Shown one piece after another: positions 47,998 through 57,217 of a stretch of 64,000 nt of DNA; the first letter of the stretch is position 1, and each line of letters starts with the position of its first letter. Location: assembly GCA_029953675.1 (NCBI GenBank), contig JAMWBK010000004.1, forward strand, positions 2,790,001-2,854,000, in the 5' to 3' direction. The position numbers and the translations under genes were made by a program. This stretch comes from Rhodosorus marinus CCMP1338 (Eukaryota > Plantae > Rhodophyta). The notes beneath the pieces were generated by a model, which saw nothing but the letters and a program-made list of their open reading frames with translations, ran no database searches and was not told where the DNA came from.

Positions 47998-49470
47998 CTT
48001 CAAAGGCACACCCAAATCCGCCTCCTAAAGCCTGCATGTCTCTCACAAATTCCAAAACCCCATCGAGAGCTTCAACAGAGCCAGGGTACTTGAATCAATA
48101 CACATGCGCAGCACTCTGGCTATCCCACCTCTCCTCTGTAACCCGCAGAAAGCACCTCGTCCTTCTCCATCTGTTGCTGCCTTCATCCAATTGCTTTCCT
48201 CAGCTTCGAAGAGGTCATCATTCTCCTCAAGGAGGTCAACCTTTCCTCTATGCTCAGTGAAACTGGTCGCAGCTTTTAGCTCCTCTTATTTAGTCGCGGA
48301 GCTTTAAACAAGACCTTTTGTGAGGGGCGTTCATCGAATCCATACCCTTCCAATGTTGTGGAACCAGTTTCTAGTTCAGACCAAATCATGAAACCTACTA
48401 TTGACGATTATGATGAGGACGATAGCTCAACATCGGTTCCCTTGTGAAGAAGACCACTGGCAATGAAGCGAAGGGTCAGCTTACAGTCTTTAAGAGTCGA
48501 TGTGGTCATCACAACTTGTCACGCTTGGGGACCCTCTGAGCCTATTCTAATCGTTTGGTAGTGCGCTCTTGCATGACAGAACGGTATGGTTGAGCGGATG
48601 GAAGAGGATCTTCATACACGTACATCCCTCCTCCCACCATAGTGACCCTCTCAGCGTCCACGAACTCTTCGAGCTAGGCACTCAACCTCCTTACGAAGAT
48701 GACCGGCGAAATATGTTCAGAAACTGGGATTTCTGCGAACACATGCGTTCGGTGTCTGAGACCAAAGCGGCTTTGGCGGTTGCCAAACAGATGCACGAAC
48801 GCGCCACTATCCACAGCCAAATCAATGGCAGGAACCCGCCCTCATTCACCAGTAGAGTCCTCTAAACGGCGTGCCCATCAATTACAGCGCAAACAAAGTG
48901 CACATGGAAACTCAAAGAAACTCAACTACCTCTGGCCTGAGCTGGGCTCATAACCTGTTGTTTGGCCGAGCACAGCCTTTCACCAATCATACTAAGGAGG
49001 TTATGCTCCTAGCTTGAAGAGCGTATTTTACGGACAGGCACCTGCTCTCATCCTCCAGCAGTTTCTGCTGAACCACGCCATACCTTGGCAGATGATCTCG
49101 AGCAGGAAGGGTAACGACCTTGGACGTTAACACAGCACAACTTGGCCACGGTTCGACAAAGCTTAGGGAGAACGACGTTCCTTTGCTAGTCTCGAATACT
49201 AGTTTCGTGCTATCAGGAAGCAGTACAAGGTCTGCTTGGTCTCGCTTCTGGATGTTCAGTGATGAGCTACTTTGTGAAGATCTTCTCCTGGAACGGTTGG
49301 TGACTGCGTCGCCGGCAGGTGCAGAGAAAAAAAAAGTATGGCTGGGGGCTTTTGATCCAACTAAATATCTTTTTTATATTGTCACTAGTCCTACTGTCCA
49401 TCCTTCTGTTAGTGCTTCTGTTTTTGTTACTACAATCTGTACGTGATATAGTGAGTTGCGTGCTCCCTCC

Positions 49471-51450
49471 CTAGCTGGATACCGGTACGATGCGATCCTT
49501 CTCGATTGCTGAAATTGCCGTAGCAATGATGAAGGAATAAGCGTCGTTGATGTCGGTGGTTGTTGATATGGCTCTGTCTTCACGAATGTCTCCCGTGTTG
49601 ATGATGTCTCTTTTCCGGAGGATCTTCGCGGCCTCGACAAGCGCGGGCCGAAACAGATCCGGATTGGATTTAGTTGCCGCAGTCAGTGAGCTGATGATGC
49701 CCTTACTGGGCCATTCACCCGTCGCCTGCATGTGCTGCAGCGTCTCTATGACTAAATCAGGGTCTTGCTTTGAAATGAACGATTGGAAGAAGTGGTAGTA
49801 GGTCGCAGCACCAATCTTGAGCCCGCTTCTCTCCATTTCCAATACAATCTTCTTCGCCTTCACGAGCTTTCCCTGCTCGCACGAAACTCGGACTAGGGTT
49901 GAGAATAGCCATCCAGTCGGTCGGGTTCCGCGCTCCCGCAGCTTTGTCAGGATCTGAAATATTTCCGACTCCATTCCCGCCTTAATCAGTGCATACAAGG
50001 CACTGGCGTACGTTCGAGTCGAAATTCGCACCCGATCTGACTTCATCGATTCCAGGACTTCCATTACACGATTGATGTCCCCTCGCTCACTGTACGCGCT
50101 GAGAAGCTCCCTGAACGACGCACCACCCAACTTGAAGCCTTCCGCCTTCCAGCTGCTGATCGTCTCCTCGGCGAGTTCAATGTTTCCTTCAGAACAGAAC
50201 ATACGAATGATCGAAGCATACGACTCATCGTGCAATGGAATCCCTTTGCTCACCAGCTCGCGGAGGTTTGTCAGTGCCTCCTCCCTGTGCCCCCTGTTCG
50301 CATATATCTGAACTGCCTCCCATGTGCAATCGCGATTGGGCACCACTCCTAACCGTGACATGCGCTCGAATACAACTTTGACGTTGTCCAGCTCGTCGTA
50401 CTCATCGTAAAGACGAAGCATCACTCGTAGAGTATCTGAATTTGGCTCAATATCTGCTGCCAACATGTCCTCTAGTTTCTCCTCAGCTGCCGCAATCCCA
50501 AACGCTTTTCCGTGGCCCTCGATGAAGTGGTTGTAGGTCAGAGCAGTTGGGATAGCAAAACGGAATCGATGAATCATGTAAAACAGGTGGTCCAACGCTT
50601 TCGCATCGCCGAGCCTTGCGTATTCCCCGCTCAGTAAAGAGAAAGGTTCCTCGCTTGGCTTCTTCCCTCGCTTCTTCATTGTCTTAATGAGTTCCAATGC
50701 CTTCTTGTATCTACCCAACTTTGTGTAGGCCTCAACTAGCGCCAAGTAGATTTCGTAGGTTGGTTTGATCTTACGCTGCCTTAATGTCGAGTACGTTTCA
50801 ACCACTTGATCTGGCTTGTTGACGTAGTTCTGCAATCTCATGATCTTATAAAACAGATGAATGTCTGGCTCCACGTGACACTCGTTGATTTCTCGGTAAA
50901 TCGTCTCAGCGGTGGAGTAGTCTTGTACGCTGAAGTACGCTTCGAGAAGAAGCCGAAAAATGACGGTGTTTGGCATGATCTCCAGCTCCTTCATTCGTGC
51001 ATACATTTTCTCCATATTGTCAATATCCGCACTCTCAGAATACTTGGATAGCATCTGAGAGCAAGTTACAAAATCTGGGGGTACGTCGGAGTCGATCATG
51101 TCCTCAAACAGAATCTCAGCTTCTCGCATAGCGTATTTTCTCCCGAGCGCCGCAATAAGCTTGTTGAATGTGTAAGTTGTAGGAAGAAGCTGGTTGGCTC
51201 TCATCTCCGAATACCTCTCCATGGCAAGCTCTATCTTCCCACCATCAATCAGCTCAAGAATAAGTGCGACCTCCTTATCCACGCTGACAATCTCAAGGTC
51301 TAGGTTCTTCTTTTTCCTTGAGACCAAGTCCTCCGCCATGCTGAACTTCCTAGTGGCCATCATGGCGACTTCTCCCTTCACACGGGAGCATCGTCCTCCT
51401 AGCCCACCGTTCCCAACCGGTACGGTCAAACCCAAAACGAAACCCATCAT
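49471..51450 (-). CDS. P-class PPR protein, intronless, ~15 motifs, plastid-transit-like N-terminus
   Basis: Starts MMGFVLGLTVPVGNGG. Motifs include TYTFNKLIAALGRKYAMREAEILFEDMIDSDVPPD. Confidence 0.95.
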   Translation of the reverse strand: MMGFVLGLTVPVGNGGLGGRCSRVKGEVAMMATRKFSMAEDLVSRKKKNLDLEIVSVDKEVALILELIDGGKIELAMERYSEMRANQLLPTTYTFNKLIAALGRKYAMREAEILFEDMIDSDVPPDFVTCSQMLSKYSESADIDNMEKMYARMKELEIMPNTVIFRLLLEAYFSVQDYSTAETIYREINECHVEPDIHLFYKIMRLQNYVNKPDQVVETYSTLRQRKIKPTYEIYLALVEAYTKLGRYKKALELIKTMKKRGKKPSEEPFSLLSGEYARLGDAKALDHLFYMIHRFRFAIPTALTYNHFIEGHGKAFGIAAAEEKLEDMLAADIEPNSDTLRVMLRLYDEYDELDNVKVVFERMSRLGVVPNRDCTWEAVQIYANRGHREEALTNLRELVSKGIPLHDESYASIIRMFCSEGNIELAEETISSWKAEGFKLGGASFRELLSAYSERGDINRVMEVLESMKSDRVRISTRTYASALYALIKAGMESEIFQILTKLRERGTRPTGWLFSTLVRVSCEQGKLVKAKKIVLEMERSGLKIGAATYYHFFQSFISKQDPDLVIETLQHMQATGEWPSKGIISSLTAATKSNPDLFRPALVEAAKILRKRDIINTGDIREDRAISTTTDINDAYSFIIATAISAIEKDRIVPVSS

Positions 51451-53338
51451 AGCGAATCCTAGAAAAAAAAACCGTCACTTGTACGCAACCCTCACCGCTG
51501 CTCAACTACAGTACAAAAACATCCTTCTCATCCTAACAGACACCCCGCCACATTCCTACCCTAGCAACCCCGTTTCCGCAGATTTCCGGCAACCCACTCC
51601 GTGCTCACTGCTTCCTCATAAAGCCCTCTGCAATAATATCAAAAGCACAGTAGACTCGGAAATGGTCAGCATTCCAACGTCTGTCGTCCCCGAAACCCAT
51701 TCCCAACCAACCACACAACTTCCGCTTCCACACACACACGCATACCCCTCCGTCCAATCTAGAAACCAACAAAAAAAATTGTCTTTCCTCAGACACATCG
51801 GCAACAGACTCTACGACCTTTGTTTCTACCCACACCCGTTTCACTATTCAAGATGAGCACGGGGCAGCGTCGCTTCAAAGCCCTGCGCGTTTGCAACGCT
51901 GAAGGATACAAACCATAGTCGCCTTCACCGAAAAACGCTAGAACAAGGAGACGTCATGCCGCGGCGCACGTTCCCAAAGATTTTATTGAGAATTACGCGC
52001 TTCTTCTCATCGATGGGTTGCCTTGCGAACGCCGCTTCCTAAGTTCACCGATGAAGTCGGATTTTTTTGAAGGTGGAAGAAAGTGTAGTCCAACGGGCAT
52101 CTCGTGCCTTCGGGGTTTTCTCTGAAAGTACTCTGACTAAGGACAGGGCCTCCCTCCAGGAAACAAGCCGGTACGTGAAGAGCCTCTTGACTTAATGCGA
52201 GTATGTACTCGTGGCGTTGTTCGATTGCAGTTTTGGGGGTGGAGAACTGGTGGTCCGGCATGTTGCTTACGACTCTAAGCAGGTGTTCTTCTGAATATGC
52301 TCTCGTTCAGTACACGATCTCTCTGTCAGGCAGTCGTCTGAGCCCCTTGTGGCAGCTTCCACTTTTGCGTCGGGCTTCGGACTAGAGGAATGTCATGTAG
52401 CAACATCTTGTCATGCTGCTGCAATCAGGCATTGTGACATTGGAAAAAAAAGTGCATAAGACAACAGCTGAATCGCATATTTTATTGACAAATTCTCAGC
52501 TAGCTGCCTCGAGGCAGCGCATGGTAAGTTGAAGATATTCATAAATAATAGTACAGCTCGATTTACAGAAACGGCATTCTGTTCAGGCTATACAAACTCT
52601 GCGAGCTATGCAAGAGGCTCAGCTCAGTCGCACTCTTCCTAGGCATTTTTCTGTTCTCGGTAGGATATCCTTCCGCTTGCAAAAGCAGAATGTTCGCCTC
52701 CTTTTCCTCCATCTTCAACGCGCTCACTGGATCCCTCGGCATCATAACGGGACTACTTGTAGTAGAATATCCCTCCATCGAGTCTTTCAAAACAATTTCT
52801 TCGAATAAAACCCTTCACCAATCTTATCTGTTTACCCAATACCTTGTCACAGCGTTCCTCCACTCTACCTTCGCTTCAAAAAGCACAGCCCATCTTTATA
52901 CGCACATCCACAGGACAAATCCAGCGAGAAAACCAACAGACCGTAATCGAGCACAGAGAAATCTTCAATGAAATTCACTGATTCAGATTGATAAGAAGGG
53001 GTGAACACCAAACCGATGAAGACACTGCCAAAGTACTATGTGCTACAGCACATAATTGTATCAGCCCTTCCCACCATATCCCATTTCTCAATGTACAAGC
53101 CAAAATCACTTTCCATTCCCCTCCCCCCCCCACCCACCGCGGGGGGATTAGATTACGAACATCCAAAAAAGGAAAAATGCGGTGTCAGGCATTCAGCATT
53201 CAGCAGCTCTGTCCTGTTTAAAAGTTTACATAATACAAAATAAATGTGTTGGTCGCCGTCACCGTGATCGTCCGCAAACGGCCCGTTCGAAACAATCTGC
53301 AGCTGAGTCTCTCAAAAAACTTCTCAAAAACTTATATT

Positions 53339-53453
53339 TAGTTCGAGCCCATTGGAACTCTATGAAAATCAAGGGTTTGGAAAACAGCTAATATAGTTCG
53401 AGCCCATTGGAACTCTGTTAAAATCAAGGGTTTGGAAAACAGCTAAAATAGTT
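53339..53453. repeat. 55-bp direct tandem duplication
   Basis: TAGTTCGAGCCCATTGGAACTCT(AT/GT)(G/T)AAAATCAAGGGTTTGGAAAACAGCTAA occurs at 53339 and 53394. Confidence 0.95.
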
Positions 53454-54269
53454 ATCAATTCGCCTTTTTAGCCGTTTTCGTAAACTAATGAAAATATGTT
53501 AATTCTTGGTAGGGAAAAACGCTCAGGTTGGAGGCCAGCTTTGGATCGTAGCCCTTTTCATGTCATGAAAGGAGAAAGGGGGTAGAGATATGGTTTTACG
53601 CATTCCGGATCCTTAAATTATTTACTGGAAATGGTTTTTATCGTTGTCTGTTTGGAATGGTCACCGGGGTTGAGTGAGAGGATGGATGGTTGATGGTTTT
53701 CCGGATGAGCGTTCGGGATTGATGTTTCGGGCTCTGGTCATGGAAAGGGAAGGAAAGCCACTAAGAGGGACAAGGATCAGACGTTTGGAAATCGTGTACC
53801 CCATTTGTCAAGTTGTCCACTGGTTTTGACCTTTTTTGGGCAGTTTTGAAACATGCATTTTGCGTTTTTCACGCTTTTTCAATACTTTTTATGCTCTACT
53901 TTTGTTTTGGGGTGGATCGCATCAAGGTGGGGAGGGCGGCTAAGGGGGGATGGACCTCTGTGTCATCTTGGAAGCGCTTTTGATGTTTGCTGGTTCGAAG
54001 TTTGTATCCAGGGGGTGTGAGGACTAAACGAAACCATTCGTGAAGCCTATGTAGAGCTCGGTAAATCAAGCCGAGATATCTTATATTGCGGGGCACGTTA
54101 GGTCCTTAAAATTCGTAGGTCGGGCTCAGTTTAGTAAGGATCGCCCCATCTCAGGGCCGTGCGCGTCCGATTAATTTGATGTGGAGCTTTCCAGACGTCC
54201 CATCCCGCCAAACCCCTTCCGCTCGAAGTGTTGAGGCTCTGCAATCAAATCCGAAGTCGCCTGCACGTA

Positions 54270-54310
54270 TCGCAAGTGTAGCCTCAACGTCGTTTAGGCT
54301 ACACTTGCGA
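54270..54310. other. Perfect 15-bp inverted repeat (hairpin, 11-nt loop)
   Basis: TCGCAAGTGTAGCCT-caacgtcgttt-AGGCTACACTTGCGA. Confidence 0.9.
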
Positions 54311-57217
54311 GAGCTCTGGCTTTCGCAGTAACAGAAGAACCCATAGACGAAATGCTTATGATTGAAACTCAGTCTTCTGACATGTACAGCAAATTCGCTT
54401 GGATGGTCTGTAAATAGAGTTTCGTGCTTCCCAAGTGCACTCGCGGAAACGATAGCTTTTTTAGAGTTCTTTTTCAGAGGGATTCGATTTTTGTTGTTGA
54501 TACCGTTCGATGCTGGCCCAGTTAGTTTCTATTATTGGAAAAGGTTGATTGGGCCATGGGGTTCTTTTTTAGTCGAGCTCGCGTTGAATCTATTCGATGC
54601 GGCGCAAGGAGCATTCTATAGTAGATGCTCTTCTCCTAATCACTCAATTGTGTACCTAGGTTGTGGCACATCGGGATACATTGTGTACAGATGCGATGGC
54701 AAAGCTGGTTCTTGTGATTGTTCAAGGACTGGGACAGCCTGCATTGCGTCGAAAGGAGAACCCTGACTGGGTACAACTAGCGACGGTGCGCTTGGGCATT
54801 GAATAGAGTTGTGGAGTACGACTTGGTTTGTCTCCCTGGGAGATCATAGACTTGGGGGAGACTTGTACGATAGTTACCAAAAACGTTTGTTTTCAGCGCT
54901 ATCGCTATCACCTTTTAAGAATCAATGCTCCAGCTTGCACGCTGTCTTCGAAGAGGGTCCAGAGGGGCTCTCCAGTTCCTCCCTCAGTTCATGAGACAGA
55001 ACCGCGAAGATTCTGTAGAAAGTTTCAGCCATCAAGAAAGAAAGGGAACTGGATTTGTGTGAAGTTGATACGGGCGGCACCAACCGCAAACTCGTTATCT
55101 AAGTCCTACGCCATTACGGAATTGAGAAAATTATATCTTCATGATGTAGCCCACCTGAACAACTACTTTCAAATTGCAAGCACCGGTATACTTTTCTCGG
55201 ACGAGTTGGACATGGACCATCAGCGACGGCCTTGCTCTACAACAGCAAGGGGCCTGCTTTGGGTTCTTGTTGGACGTGAGTTCTTCCACAACCACATACT
55301 AGAAAACCAGGCTTGAATTGGGTCTGCCGCGTGCCCAAGCGTCGGAAGCACCATCGAATGACTTTCTTTCCCCTTGCCCGAAAGTTCTCAATGACATGAG
55401 CTCCTAAGTACCTTGCGCAGAGTGAGAATACGCACTGAACGTCAAACTCATGAAGCAGCACAACGTTGACTGCATTTCTTGTGCACTTAGCCGCAAAAAA
55501 AAACCATAGCTCGTGTTTCCGTTCGCAAACGCGATTGTATCTATGGGCTGCACGTGTCCGTTCGGGACTTGGAACATTCCATGGCCGAGTTCCCAGCTGA
55601 GTACTTCACCTCCAACATATGCGGACGTACCTCTTTACATTCTTATCACATCAACGATCCTAAAAACTACCGGACAAGAGCCAAGAACTTGTTGAATCCT
55701 AGGAATCCAACGAAGTGTCTATGATAAAATCGACCAAAACCTAAGCTGGGCAGCAACAATCTCATTGTAGTCTCAAGAGCTGCGACTATCATGTAATCTG
55801 CTGAGAGGCATGGCATCTGTCGAGAGCTAATTCTTGGTGCTTCGTGACACCCGCCTGTGTGGATCCAGAGATGAACATCCGCGGAAATCTACATGTAACA
55901 AGGCTGACTCAGATACCACCTACAACAAGCAAATGGGACGCCAATCCATGACGGTACACAACAGAGAGAGACAGAGGAAGATTTTATCCATCTTCTGAAT
56001 TCTCCTTACGTTCTTCTCCTCCAATCCTTCTGAAGCAATCGCCTTGGTCTGAGGACGACGTCCACGTTTCCGTAGTCAGTTCCAAAGCTGCAAAGAAACG
56101 GCTTCCTGACCAGAAAACAAACAAAAGAGGAGTTCGATTTGACCCTGTGGCGCTCAAATGCTGCTTTATCTGTAGACGCGCATCATCAGCTTCTTGTCTC
56201 TCGCTTCAAAGGTAGTTAGGCTCGGAATAAACGGATCATCAGTTGGATCAACGGATTCCACTTAGCACAGTGATCTCACCCGGTCCATGAACATAGAAAA
56301 GTCCAATCGTATCCAATAATTAAAAGAAAATCAAAACATATCCCTAACTTGGATTCGAGTTTCAAGGGGGGGCAGCGGCCGGTACATTGCGAACCTCTTA
56401 AGAAACTCACGAAAAAGTATGATGAAAAAAACAAAACCTACTGGGACAGCTGTCGCATCAGATATCGAGAAGGGACCTCGAGGGGGCTCAGTGTGCTTAT
56501 TGTCACCCAAGATTTCCAACAACGACCAAAAAAAATCGAAAAAGTCTTATTTTATTGATTGAATTTCTGACTTTTATAATTGAGTGTTGAGCACAGTGGT
56601 CCTTAATCGACTGTTTCCTAGTCCCCAACGAATAGAAATAGATTGAGAATGTAAAATAGAAATTATATCAATGATGACGATTAAATATATATTAATATGT
56701 GGTTGTCCTCGTAGTGGTTGTTTGAGTCTCGTGGAGATGGTTCGATTGCAGTACGCTCTTAGCTCCTCGTTCTTCCCATGAAGATTTTAAAGGGACATTG
56801 GTTGGGACGGAGGTTGAGTTGGTTATGTTGGGCTGAGTTACAGTAACTCGGCAGGGGAGGTGAAGAGTTAGATTTGGAGAGGGGGTGGGATAGAAGTTTC
56901 GCCTTGATATATCTGAATGCCGTGAGGAAGGTCTTTAGTAAGGAGTTAGGGGGCCTTGCTTTGTGCTGGAAAGGGGAGCTTGGAACGGGTTTTATGTTCT
57001 GGTTGGAGTTGTGTTGATCTTTTTTTTTTGTTTTGAAGAGTCATGTGCGTTTGCTGTTAGCACGTTTGACGATGTTAGCTTTGGATGAATGGACTAGGGA
57101 GTTTATATAGATACTTTTGTTCATTGTCTGGAGGCGAGTAGTTCATCTTTTGGTCTTGGTCCGTAATAAACGCGGTTTTCAGGTGAGAGAGGCAGAGAAC
57201 AAGCTTGACTCTCAATC

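Noticed and set aside
52503-52518. Perfect 16-bp palindrome GCTGCCTCGAGGCAGC
   Set aside because: Single occurrence with no flanking repeat or TSD evidence; noted only.
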